A DNA stretch of 64,000 bases, taken from the NCBI GenBank assembly GCA_977030845.1, contig OZ365116.1:17670001-17734000 (forward strand), in the 5' to 3' direction. This DNA is from Fimbriosthenelais zetlandica (taxonomy: Eukaryota). The position numbers and the translations under genes were made by a program. This document shows, piece by piece, positions 27,101 through 40,061 of the stretch (positions are counted from its first letter, which is position 1; each line of letters begins with the position of its first letter). Under the pieces are notes generated by a model. It was not told where the DNA came from. It saw only the letters and a program-made list of their open reading frames with translations, and did not search any database.

Positions 27101-28537
27101 TAGGACATCATCAGATCCCGGCCACTTCACAGGAGCCGCCAAGTGCCCGCAGGCTCCTATTGTAAAGCTAGACCCGCGGCCACTTTAAGGCATTGTATAT
27201 CCTCAAGTCCCTTACATTGTAAAAGGGCAGAGGCCCTTGGATGACAATATTCCATTCTCATTATTACAATACAATGGTGCAGTCAAGGAGGAGTGTAACT
27301 GCTTATTAAATCTTGGCTTTTCAATGCCCATCACACACTTTAAATCCCTCCTGAATTTACTGCCTACTTTTTTGAAATATTCACTGAATTTTGAGACTGA
27401 ATTAAGAGCAGATCTCGATATGAACCCACTCATGTCTGTATAGGTCTCTAGACTTCTGCCGCTATAACGTTTTGAACCCTCTCTTCACTTCTTCCACATC
27501 AGAGAGAGGTGGTGAAAGCATTGACAATACCAGATGTCTTCAGGGTGGAGAAGAGCCAGTGGCACCATATGTGTGTAGGCTGTGTGATAGTGTGTGTGAT
27601 GTGTTTGTGTGTGTCCGTGATGCTTTAGTCAGATACAGTCCAGAGAAGCCATTACCCTCTATACTCTCTGGTCAAGTACACAAGTCAGAATCACATTTTC
27701 TCACATACCTTTTTAAAATAGCAATATACCTTTTTTATCTACGTGGAAGATGCCACATTTGTCCTTGAAGAGGGCCGGGCAATTCCGAGCCAATTAGGAA
27801 GAAAAATTCATACTTCCCAGTAAAAATGAAAGATTATCAAGTGCTCCTAGATGTACAGTCTGCCAAATGCAAATTATATTGAAGCAGACAGTATTTTGGC
27901 GGTATTTTTTAGTTGAAGACTTTCAACAATGTTGACGGAGCCTGGTTTTAATCAGCCCTCCCCCTGGCGCTACTCTGTGGTTCCATGCTGAAGGAGTTAT
28001 ATTGTAGTTAGATCATCTATATAGAGGCACATCAGAGGTGGGAAACTCAACTTTGATCCTTAATGAACAACACCAAGTGGTCCTCACTCCAACTTCTCTA
28101 CCTATTAGTCAAAATGATTTATATTGCCTCAAAAAAGACTATTTTCCAACCTACAAAGCACGCTATATTACATAGTTTCCTAATTGATATACATGGACTT
28201 AGCCCGTCCGGATTTGGACTAAAATTGACGCATATTTTCTAGCAGATCGATGTCGCGTCGCGTCCAAAATATTGGGGAGACAATGTTGAATTTTTTCGCA
28301 TCCCTTGGCGACAATTTGGTTGCCCATACATCATGTTACTTTTGATACATGTTACTGCATTGTTTTAACTTTCATTCTTATATTAAATATTTTACTTAAA
28401 AATGGAATTCATCGATTCTAAGAAAACAGCTGAGATTAATATATTTGGAGCCATCAAGAATAGTCAATATATGGGTGAACAATTAGCTCATTTCCCCCTT
28501 TCCAATCATTTTAAATTAATAAAACTAGTTGACTTAC

Positions 28538-29864
28538 CATATAGTCTGTAGCAGTATTGGCGTTGCCATTCTCTGCGCCTGGAGGGGGATGAGGTCCCGC
28601 GTCATCGGACCCTGCCCCTCCAGCCCCTGCTCCTCCTGTCGTTCCTCCAGTGCCTCCTGCTGGTCCCACCGCCGCCCGTGCCCCGTGCAGCAGCTCCTCT
28701 AGGCTTTCAATATAATCAATAGCGTTCCGGAGAATCTCCACCTTTGGCAGCCTCTGATTGGGGTTAGGACAGGTGCGCCTTTTCAGCGTTTCAAACGCTT
28801 CATTCACCTTTCTCAGGCGCCTCCTCTCCCGCATTGTAGCCGCCTTACGTCGGTCTATCGTCACCGTCTTCCTCTTACAAGCTTTACATGCCCAGAGAAG
28901 ACAGCGACGGGCCGGGCCGTGGAAACCGGGCGCTAAGACGTGCGGGATATGTTCATCTCCCGTTAATTCGTCCTCACCCCCTCCGTTTTCACCGCAGGAG
29001 CCCCCGCCTCCCCCGCCTCCTGGGTGAAGGTCAGCGGAGCCGGGGGCGTCCTCCTCCCGGGTCCCGGTACTCGGGCTGCCACAGATGGTTGAATCTCCGG
29101 GGCTGCCGCACGGTTCTGGAGAAAACTGTTCCTCCTTGGTGCTGGTCGCCGATGGGAATTGCTGGAGTTGTTGACTTGGTTGTTGTTGCTGTTGTTGGGA
29201 CATAGATCCCTGATGTGGTGGGGTTGTTGAAGCACATCGAGTGGTTCTAGGAATACTGTTTAATCTGTTGCTCCCTTCCCCTGCTTCTACCCCTGATCCT
29301 TGTTTGGGGGAAGGGCATCCCCCAGGCCCGGGAGGTGTACAACTATTGTCCTTCCCACTGCCACTGCTCCTACTGCTGTTACTGCTGTTCCTTCCACAGC
29401 CAATCTCACTGGATGAAGTCCCCCCATTATGATGCCTCCCACTGTAATCCACCATAGGCTGATACCCATAGAAACTACCCATTGTCTGTGGGGGTGTGCT
29501 TTTATAGGGGTATATTTCTCCAGTGTATTGTCCTCCTGTAGGGATGCCACCACCTCCTCCTCCTCCAGCACCCCCTCCAGGTGTGTGTGTTGTGTGAGGA
29601 GTATGCACTCCTGGGTGTGTGTAAATACCTGGTCTCCCACCATAAGAACTGTAATAACTAGAGGTAGATGAGAGGTGGGTTGGGGAGGAGGTAGGCAGGT
29701 GGGGATGATGGTGGTGGTGACCATTAGGGATATCCATGATGTTACCTGTCTCAGGTGAGAGGTCGGCCCGCTGACCACCACCACTGACCACTCCAGAGCA
29801 GAAAGCCGCCGCCGCGTTGTGGTCATAGCGGCAGCTGCGGAGGTCAGCAGCCATCATCATTAAG
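28538..29864 (-). CDS. MyoD: MyoD-family MRF, main exon (His/Cys-rich basic domain + bHLH)
   Basis: [88 protein letters not shown], including the myogenic-code Ala-Thr and junction Lys. Donor ATG|gtaagt at 28538/28537. ATG ATG ATG at 29860; acceptor tttaaag|CTTA at 29865/29864. Confidence 0.97.
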
Positions 29865-30671
29865 CTTTAAACGTCCAAAATGTGTCTGTAATTTGTATAT
29901 TTCAATGTACAAGTGTCTGTCAAAACTTGTACAAAGACTATGTTGACTATTGTTCGGACAGTGGGTTAATGAGTGACACAAATATTAATTTGGGATGTCA
30001 GTTGCTGTTGTCGTCTCTCATGTCAAATCACCTTATCAAATGATATCTCGCTATATCCATAGACCAAATTAGTCTATGCCATATCCAATGTGAATATCAA
30101 TTATATATATTGGCCATCCTACGTTTCCTTTACATCATGAGCTGTCCCAGAACACAATTATAAATGAACCGAGTTCATAGGTCCATTTTAAGTCCATATG
30201 AGTTAATCATATATCAGTCCTAGAAAATATAGCATTTAAATAATACTAAAATGTCTGTTCTCAGATGCTCTTGTCCTTTTCCATGGCCTTTAAGGCCTAC
30301 TAATCAAAGGTCCCGAATTAAGAGTGTGAGTGCAGTGGTTTAATATTGGACCAATGCGGCGGTCATCGCCCTCCTCCCTTCTCACATGGAATGAAATCTT
30401 CACTGGTTCCACTTGTATATATGGTGAGATTGGTCGGCAGCTACTCGGCAGGGGCAGCCTCTACCAGTGCCACCCCATCGTAACCCTAGCAACCACTCAA
30501 GTCAATCATCAGCCACCTTCAGCATTAATTAAACACTGCACGGGCCTTGAGCGCGGATTACACGCCCACTGCACCGCGGGTGTGCGCTGCCACCGCTTTG
30601 TTTCCGGTCAGTTTGAGGGGAAGGAGGGGAGGGAGGGGTGTCTGGAGATGTAGGGGGTTGGCAAAGCTCAC

Positions 30672-30715
30672 CTGGCACCTCTCCAGTCTTGTGGAAAATC
30701 CTCCAGTAACTGCAT
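30672..30715 (-). CDS. MyoD: Probable first coding exon of the MRF (MQLLEDFPQDWRGAS)
   Basis: ATG at 30715 is the first in-frame ATG after a stop at 30872-30874. Donor CCAG|gtgagc is phase 2 and joins in frame to ag|C TTA ATG at 29864 across an 807-nt intron. Confidence 0.6.
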
Positions 30716-30740
30716 GACAAACCGGTGAATGGACCTCCCC

Positions 30741-30875
30741 TCAATTGTGGAGTAGCCTGGGCTGGATCCACTTGAGTGTCTTGTAGTTTGTAGTATACAA
30801 AGATCTGTATGGTTTGTTTGGTTGTTGCTGTTGCTTTTGGAGAGTAAAGCTGAGCGTTGTCGGTGAGCACCTCAT
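30741..30875 (-). other. Candidate 44-codon uORF in the MRF 5' leader
   Basis: ATG 30875 to TGA 30743-30741, ending 25 nt before the ATG at 30715 in a different frame. Valid only if the TSS lies upstream of 30875. Confidence 0.35.
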
Positions 30876-33800
30876 GTTTGTTACAAGGTTACAGCGCCAC
30901 TGAACTGCTCATTGCTCCTACAGCCATACCTACAGCACCCGAGTGCCCCCGGCGGAATCTCTGACAACTAATGTGCCATCCCTCCATTACTTCCCTTGAA
31001 TGCGTCCCTATATCCCCTTTCTCCATCGACCCAAGAAATATTTCCATCCAGATTGTTCCAGACCTTCGGTGTCACTCCTCTACAAAATTGGAATTAAACT
31101 GGAATATAAAATTAAGAATAAGAATTCATGTCATGTATTATAATGGCATTTCCTCTCCTCCCATACAGACTTCCTACTCCCTTCCCTTATCACAGTCTCC
31201 AGTGGGGACAGCGACACCTCCTTCTTCCTAGTTCCCCCGTCTCTCCGTCAAAAACTACCCGGCATCAAAGCACACGATAAATTTCAGGTCACGCGGGAAA
31301 GGTCACGTGCGCCGACAAGAAATACTACCAGATGCGAAAAGCAGCGAAACCCATATTGTATCTAACCATTTAGGTCGGGATTGAGACGGGTTTCCCTTTC
31401 AAAACAACCCAGAGAAGTTTTCATAATAACTTATCAATCAGTTCCGACCACTGCCATATGGGTTGCGACACCAACCCTAATTTTACTAGGGCTTTTAGAT
31501 GTCATATTCTAATGGGTCGCACAAGAAGCCCTTGTCCAATAATAATGGGGATCCATGAAAGCATTCTGATGGTAAATGAGCAGCAGGGTTTATGTAAGAG
31601 CTCAGTTCTTATCAAAGAGCCAATGATCAAAGAAGAATGATTCAATTTCCCATGAAGCCATCAAAAAGACCATTAAAACATCCTTAGCATACTATGCTCT
31701 CATTCTCTCTCCCAGCTTCATTATACCTCGAGATTTATCCATACATTCATCTTTATGGTCCAATAAACCTCCTTGCTATGCAAAAAGGAATAAAACCCAG
31801 CCCAACTATGTGTGGTCGCTTCCGCAGAAAACTATGTACGATCCAGGTCAAAATGGCGTTACATAATTTCATGTTATCTCCAAGATAAATCACACAAAAA
31901 CGTGTGTAGGGAAGCCACCCTGGGCAGGCCAAGTAATAGATCCCCTCACTCATAATCTTCCCAATTCCTCGCCCATATCCCCAGAAATCAGCTCATCATT
32001 TCTGCTACACCGTGGCAACGCAAGATAGATCACGGACCGGAAGGTCCATCTTATCACGATTGCGTCTATCAGCGGAATAAATCGTCGGCGATATGTAACT
32101 TTATCTTAGAGAATGGTAACTAGAAAGGGGTGGGGGTTCTCTCTGCAAATTATCGACATATTGGAGGCGCATTCCCCGGGCGACCCGCGGGGAGTTGAGG
32201 CTGTATATGGGGTGATAAGGAGAGATAGAGTGGGGGTTTGTCACGTTTTGGGAGGGCTTGCTGGTGAGACAGTACAACTGACGAGGTAAATTGTTTCCAG
32301 AGGGTCGCTGTCACGGACTGGGATCAAGAAAAGCGGTTTACTTTTGCCAATGAGCCTTTAACGCCTCTCCCACGCTTTTTATTTATGGGTTCACACAATA
32401 CACTATCACCTGCCCCTCTAAGAATATAGTAGAAAACACACAAGTTCAATTCAAATCCACTATGATTTCCTATGTACATCCAATCACCCAATCAAAGTCA
32501 TGCTCCAATGATTTCCTTCCAAACTTGTGTCCCAGCCTATAAAGTCATGCCTGTAATAGACTTTGGCTTTGTTCATGTTTTCTTATGACTCTCTTTCTCT
32601 CACAGCTCTAAAGATCTTTAACTTCAGTCAATTATTAAGAGGGAGTATTCTAACAATTAATGGTAAGGAAGCACACAAAGAGGGCATATGCCCCAAGGAC
32701 AGGAAACGCGACCTTAGATTCGCCCCCAACACATGTACTATATCCTAAAATATCAGAATTTATTTAAAAGAACAAAAACATGCGCCATGTTTAGATTTAA
32801 TTATCAGTGATCAGTAGATTTTCCATCACATGGATCAGCTGAGGAGAAAACACCTTCCCCGCCCCTCCTTTCCTATATGCTTCAATAAACAAAGAGCATT
32901 TTTGGTAAGCTGTATAATGAAGATGTGAATGAGAGAAGATGAAGTGCGAAGATAATTGAAGATAGCAGTGATCAGCTGAGGTGGTTGGTAGTAGTGGCTA
33001 TGATTTGCTGGTCTTTTTTTTCTTTCTTCTGCATGGGAGGTAGGCCGTATATCTCACATAAAGAGCTCCATCCTGTGTGCATTAAATCAGTTTTATTTCC
33101 TCTCAGAGAGGGTTTATTTGCAGTTATACGCTTCATCACTGTTTAAAATATATCTTATCTTCTTTAGTAGAGAACATGAAAGATTTCCGATGATTTTATA
33201 TGCCTGGGAAATTGAGGTTTCCCGCTGAATTAATGTTACATGTATATGAACAATTTAATCAGGGTAATAGGACCTTCCTCGCGTCCACTGATCCACCCAT
33301 CCATCACAAACTAATCATCCTCCAGTAAATGCTTACTTGGCTTTTCTAAAGAAATAAGTAGCCGACAAAAATCTGTCTGACTTTCTGCCAAAAAGTGTGC
33401 TGTGATAAATTACATACCCTGGGAGAACAATAAGGATGAGGTCCCAGTGGACGAACTTTTCAAACATTGCTTGACAATTTCACATGGACTTTTATGAGCA
33501 TGTTGTGATATTCTATACTGGTTGTCTATAGAAACTATAAGGACTGTTGGGCCAAGGATGGACTTGTCTATGAGCATATGTGCATGAGGCATCAGTGATG
33601 ACTCACGGGCCATCTCTCTCAGCTTTCTTTTGAATGCCCCTGTCATGTGAAATTATCACTTTGTACACTGATGATTCTTTCTCACACAGGATTTTCGGTA
33701 TAGTGGCCCCTGGGAGGGAAATAGGCAACCATATGTATAGAGAGGGAATGAAGAGGTGTTGATGAGGCGCTCTCCTCATATCTTTATTTTTATGTAGGTT

Positions 33801-36800
33801 TTATCTGCATCTATTCATAATGCAAGTAATTAAGTGTTAGTTATGCAGATAAGGAATATCATTAGGAAAATGGAATTAGGCGTCTTTGTAAGTGGCAACA
33901 TTCTTTTAATGCCCTAGGTTATTCTGAAGAACATAATTGAATGTTCTCTTCCCCTCGATCCCTCACCCCTAACTCTAGATTTTCACATACCAGTAAACAT
34001 GTAATGTGGGAAGAAAAAGCATGAGCCCTGAACATTGATTGTCAACCCCGGACGTCTAATAAGTAGCAACATCGCAATGTGAAGTTGTATATATTAGCAG
34101 CGCCTTTGAAGCTGAGCTTTATGAAATCCTATGAGTTGACAGTTTAGTGATCGTCTTACAAGCTCATGTCAGTTTTTATGTTCAGCCTAGGAGCCAGCAA
34201 GTCTTGGAGCGATCCGATGACTCATTCCTTAGTGACAATACAGAAGGTCCCGCAAATGGCTGAAGGTATATTTGAAACCTCCATGTCCAAGCAAACTTCC
34301 ACCACACACTCCACGTATTTTGCTATCATTTGAAGCTGCAATGCTTTATGGTGACTCCTTTCTATAATCCACAAAACCAACATGAAAGAAAGCATAAAAA
34401 CAAGAAAGATTGCCTGATCGAGTAGAGTCTATAATGTAATAGTCTTAGATAACTTTGCTTCCACGTGCAGTATTGTGGTACCCAGAATGTCTGGGTGACA
34501 ATCCTGGTGGATGACATTTGGAGATAACTCATATGGAAAAGTCATCACCTTTCCGGGTGTCTTAGCTAATCCCCGCTGAGTCTGTCTCCCCTGTCTCCCC
34601 TTTTTCTGACATGTACAATTTGTCAATGACCTGTATGGAGTCGCCCTTTATACCATTTAGGCCCAGGAATTTAAGCTCTCATAATTCTGTCAGTCAACGA
34701 TTTAGACAAGGCCATGGTCTTGCCCCATGCCTGATCAATTCCTGTTTCGAGAGATTCGATAAATTCTATAAGTGAACAGAAAATGGGGTAAAAAGTGAGA
34801 TATTTTTTTTCAGAATATATACCGTTGCTTTGTACTCTTAGCTATGCAACCTCTATATTTCAAATATCAAAAGACGTAGGGGAGTCTACTGAGATCCAAC
34901 TGGGTGTAATTTTTGAGGTAACAGGAGGAGGTTTGACGTCCAGGGTGGATATGGGGACAATTGGGTGCATCCCGCATGAGTGGATGTGATAAGACGTGTA
35001 AGATGAGGTATTCACGCGGGGACCAGGTTATCTCATTATGTCTTTATCATTCCAAGGGAGAAGATTGACTGAGAAATGTCACCATGACCAAATCAGAAAT
35101 AAGCTGTGTGAAAATGTGATTTATACCATGGCTAACAGTGGTGGTAGTAAAGGGGAAGGAAGTCCCCCGGGGCTCTATTTATTTCTTGACGTCAGGCAAT
35201 TATGACATCTGTTGATCCAGCAATATTGAGGTGCCAATTTAAAATTGACCCTCTATTTCACAATCACTGCACATTTTCTGCCAACAAACTATAAAAATGA
35301 CTTGGCAATGCTTATATAAGAAAAACATGCCAACTATTGCTAGGCCAGTCCCTGATTAGAAAACCATGCTTTCTCCTGCCCTCCCACCTAATACCCAATA
35401 CCAGTGACTGCATAAACAGTGTTTACATTCATGCCAATATCCATGGCTACATTATCACTTTCCAAGTCGACCTTCAAAGTTACCTCTTGCCCACCCTGTT
35501 TGCAAAGTGCATACGATATATGCTGGCGGGGATGGGGTTACTTCCCCGAGTGTTCCCCATCACGGCAATTTGCACTGGACCTGAACAAATGGTCCAGGAG
35601 CTCTGAGGGTGAAAGTTTCCTCGGGTTCCTTTTGTAAAGAGGCCTTCTATTGGCATATCTAATTCTAATGGAGAGGAGGGGGAGATGGAGGTGGTCTGGT
35701 AAAGGCATTATAGCAGGGAATGCTGTATTGATATACCATGGAGGTACATGATGATGGGGGTGAGGGAAATGTGGATGAAAACTGGGATAGACAGGAGGGG
35801 ACTGAATAATATTATAACCCTAGGTTCATATATTATGGCCGTTAGGTCTATATATCATATATATTAGTCTATATATGCGCAATATATATGATGTATATGG
35901 ACATTTAATGTTTGTTGTGAGATGGGATCTGTTGTGTACATTAAGGATAAGGATCTGGTCGATGATCGACCTCTACATGAAAGAACACAGAGACTTGATC
36001 CTGGTAGAAAAGTTGGTAGAGAAGTTTTCATCTCTCTGTCAGCCGTATTCACGCCTTTATAAGGAGTAGAACTTTAAAACTTCTTTCATAATCTAGTGGA
36101 GCTGAGAGAGGGCGTCAAATCAACATTCCACAGCTCGAATTCCATTGGAATTCGAAGCATTATCCATGTGGTTTTCAAATGACAATTACAATTCACCTTA
36201 CATATACCCTTGACTTTAGTAGTACCTAATTAAAGTCGTTATTGGGTTCTTTTCGTATTGACTATACGGTAAAACATTGCATCCTGCAGGCACTGTCCAC
36301 TGTGAGACTGCCAAAACGAGGAATGCACTTCCATACAAGCATGTTATCCAAACAAATCCCATGCCAATAACATGCCTCCTTGCTTTCATCAGCCTCTCTG
36401 AGATGTATTGATTTTGGAATCCATATTTAAACATTTGAATTGGTGGAGAAGGGTATGTGTCCATGCACTTATTATATTATTTTTGAGTCAAACATTCTTT
36501 TAGAGAAAGCTGTAAGCCATCTAACGTCACGCCCATTAGTCCTGGGAACCTCGTCCCTGCCCAAGCTATAAAATCGATTACAGAGCATATTAAACCTTGG
36601 CCCTAATGATCCAGCTATGTCCTAATTAGCCAATCAATTTATCCTGAGTGTCTGGGCAAGCCATCGGCTAAGCTGTGTTTTATCGCTTAGTGTCAGTGCT
36701 TATAGCCCCGTATTGATGAATGGCTGACTTGGAGAAGCATTTCCCCATACCTGAAGCTGGGGAGATGGGAGGAGGTGGGCCGGAGGAGGAGGGGAATGGG

Positions 36801-39800
36801 TGTTACCTGGTTATCTGTGAAATACCTTCCCTCAGCCTACTCTAGCCCTCTATAAGCTATCGTCCAGCTCTAGCTGTATACTTATCTTATCTCCTCTCAA
36901 AGAAAAGCCAGTATTGTGATATATTTATCACTTCATAGGGACAACCACATAATCTTAGATAAGCTTCAGGTATCACCAAAACACAAATAAAGCTGTGCTC
37001 GGGAAAGAAACATCATTTGAACTTGAAATGAAATATTTGACAAATATGTCTCTTTTTCTTTATAAAACACCTTATTTTATGTATATTGTGCTTTTCGTCG
37101 GTTCCTCTGTTGACATTGTCAGGTAGACATACACCATGTGGATCAACTCTGAAATAGGTCAAGAAAAATATCAAAAAGCATGATTGACATGTTGATAATT
37201 AGCTCATGAAAAGAGCTCTTAACTCTGCCGCCCACTGCTCCACGTTTTTACACTTCCATCTATTTCCCCACTCCGGTGTTTTCTTCTGCTGAATTATAAC
37301 AATTTTGTCTGCTTCAACGCATTCCTGCTTCACCTTTTTTATACCCATTTTTTTTTAATTTCCTCACCCATGGATAATTCGACAGTCAATTTCTGTCTTA
37401 ATTGCTGATGCAGAACTATGCGTACACTTTAGTACTTTTTATTTGTTCTGTTTAAAGGGGATATGTGTCCTATACCCCTATCAGCTCCCTTATTCCTCCA
37501 CTCCCTTAATTCAGCCGACATGATTCCTTTATTTCTCCACGCCTGTGGCTCCCCCTGTCTGTACTTTCCATCACTCTGTCCCTCACTCTACATACATGTA
37601 CTTCCATCTGTCTCGGACTTCTATCCAGTTCCTTTCCATCTTTTGGTGGCTTTCCCTTTCCTCCTATCCCCTATTCTCTATATTTTTCCGCGCACATGTG
37701 CAGAAGGAGAACTGCCAGATAAAAGGAGTGAGGAGTGAGGCTGGAGGCCGGGGCTGGGCCCGTGTTTGACTTTAGTTCCTCACTCCGCGTCATTTCTCCT
37801 GCTACCCTCCCGACCCTTCTGACATGATGTAATTGTATTTTGAGTTGCTCAGACATATTTCCTACAACGGGGACTATTCCGTGAGGGACGGCCTTTTTGT
37901 GGGGAATGTAATGTCTAAAAGTATTATTTAATGCTGAGACGGAAACTTATTTTACTTCATGTTTGAAATACTCGACCCAAAATGCGCGTCGATTGCCACT
38001 AAATCTTGCCAAGGAAATGGAGATATACTATTCATGTCATTTGATTAATCTTCAAAAACAATCTGGAGATTTTCCTAATTTACAATTTCCTTTTGTAAAT
38101 ATTGGCAATTTCGGATTAATTACTTCAATTGCCTAGGAATCTGAGCCCATCTCAGACTCCGTGTCTTGGGTGTCCATCAAGTCATTCTATTACATCTGAA
38201 TGTGTACAAATTCGCCTTCATCCAATGACTCGCTTCATGTCATTACAAACAAACAGACACTGTAGATAATGATTAGATGGCCCTTCACATCTAGTCCCAC
38301 CACCCATGGTTTATATTCTACCGTGGCCCGCGTTTATTTAGACCAGTGAAGGCACGCGTCAATACGGTGGTCCATATCATTGAAGGCTACTCATAAAGGG
38401 CGCCGTAAATTGGAGACTGCCTCGACCTGAGAGGCTTATGTCAGTGAATAAACGGGGTGGTCTCTAACAGAAAATGGGCAATTAATTGTCAGATTGTTTA
38501 TTTGGAGTTCACACATCAAACGCTTAGTGAGCTGAGGGTGGAAAGCGTTGGGGGCAGGGGGACGGGATGTGAGAGTGAGGATGGGGTGTTGGGTTACCTA
38601 TGTACACAACAATGCATCCAAACAGGGGCTCATTTTCTTAAATTTGGATTGAGACCTATTGAAAAATCAGTTCCTCTCCATTACACCTCGGGACAAACGA
38701 CTATTTTAGCGCCTCTGACTTTTTAGGCCTGGAACAAATGGGTGAAGTGAGGAGGAGAGATCCGCCTGGTGGCGTGTTTAGTCTTAAATCAGCGGGCCAC
38801 ACACGAGGCGCCACAGACAGGAGTGGCACCCCGAGGGGCAGGAAGACTTCCCCTTTAGAATCAACATCAATTTTTCTTCAAATTATTTCCATTTCTGTCA
38901 GACAAACGGGGCTAAAATCTCCCCTGAACGCATGCTCATCCGGGTGTACAAGCATGTGGGTTTTATTTTCACAAAGCAGGAACAATATATCAATGGATCT
39001 AGAGTCTAGATTTTGTCGCTCTTAAAGATAAAATTTGATAATTGTATGCACCATAGTCCTTTATAATACTTTCATATTGTTTAATGACAATATTATATGC
39101 TGTATCAAGTATTGGTTGTGTTGTGGCCCGAATTTTTTTTTTAATACTATGAGCTTTCCCTTCCCCTCTTATATTGTCACCCGTTGTCATACATCTAAAA
39201 CTATTTTACCCAACTATACCTTGATATAACAAGATAATTACGACGACCAATCCTGTATTTTGTGTGAGGACATGTTGTAGTGGGATACATGGGAGCAGCT
39301 CGGAGCTGGTGGTCGCCACAGTGGGGACACCTAGTGTGAGAACGAGAAATCAGTACCTCTGACAGCAATGATGATTTTGAACGCTGATAAGCCATTTCTC
39401 TTTGTTCTATTGCATAGATGTTTATTTTCCAAGTGAGGGCTAGTATTCGATACAAAAAAGTCACTTGAAGATCACTACATGTTGCATCTGATGGTATTCA
39501 ACTTGTCTAACTTACCTACATATTACTCCTATTTATTATACATAAAGGGACTTAACATTAATCTGTCTTGCCTCAAGAGATTCTCAGAGACTATATATTT
39601 AGTAATATTTAGGAAACTGACCGTAGATTTGATGGTCTCTATAATTATATTACACTGGAAGACATGTTGATTATAATGATGGATCTATACCAATAGTTCT
39701 CCTGTCTTGTGCTAGGTGGAGGCACTGTTCTCAGCATACTGGGTGTATGCATTATGATTGGCAGCTCGGTGGGCCATCGATGCAGTCTTTGTTACTAATG

Positions 39801-39897
39801 AGTGTTCACAATGAGGTAAATAATGCCCGTCATGTGACTGACAAGATACACCACGTGAATAGTAGTAACTGATGATGACGAGCAGACAGTGAAGAGC

Positions 39898-39984
39898 TCA
39901 CACTGATGAGAACATACAGGCCACCACGGTGAAGCCATTACACCCTATAGCCACACTGCAACCATACCTGTTAGACGCCTGGAT
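39898..39984 (-). CDS. Secreted CAP/SCP-like protein (gene B), exon 4
   Basis: Acceptor tttgtattgtttgtag|ATC, phase 0. Encodes IQASNRYGCSVAIGCNGFTVVACMFSSV*, resembling the CAP C-terminal xGC...C...VVxC strands. AATAAA candidate at 39532-39537 (minus). Confidence 0.8.
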   Translation of the reverse strand: MQASNRYGCSVAIGCNGFTVVACMFSSV

Positions 39985-39999
39985 CTACAAACAATACAA

Positions 40000-40061
40000 A
40001 GTACCCATTATGTTCATACCAATCCAACACAGTACCCATTATGTTCATATCAATCCAACAC
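40000..40061. repeat. 31-bp tandem duplication
   Basis: AGTACCCATTATGTTCATA(C/T)CAATCCAACAC x2. Confidence 0.85.

Noticed and set aside
28758-29826. Several 60-180 aa ORFs overlapping the MRF main exon on both strands
   Set aside because: Shadow frames of a GC-rich, low-complexity coding exon, with no motifs of their own.
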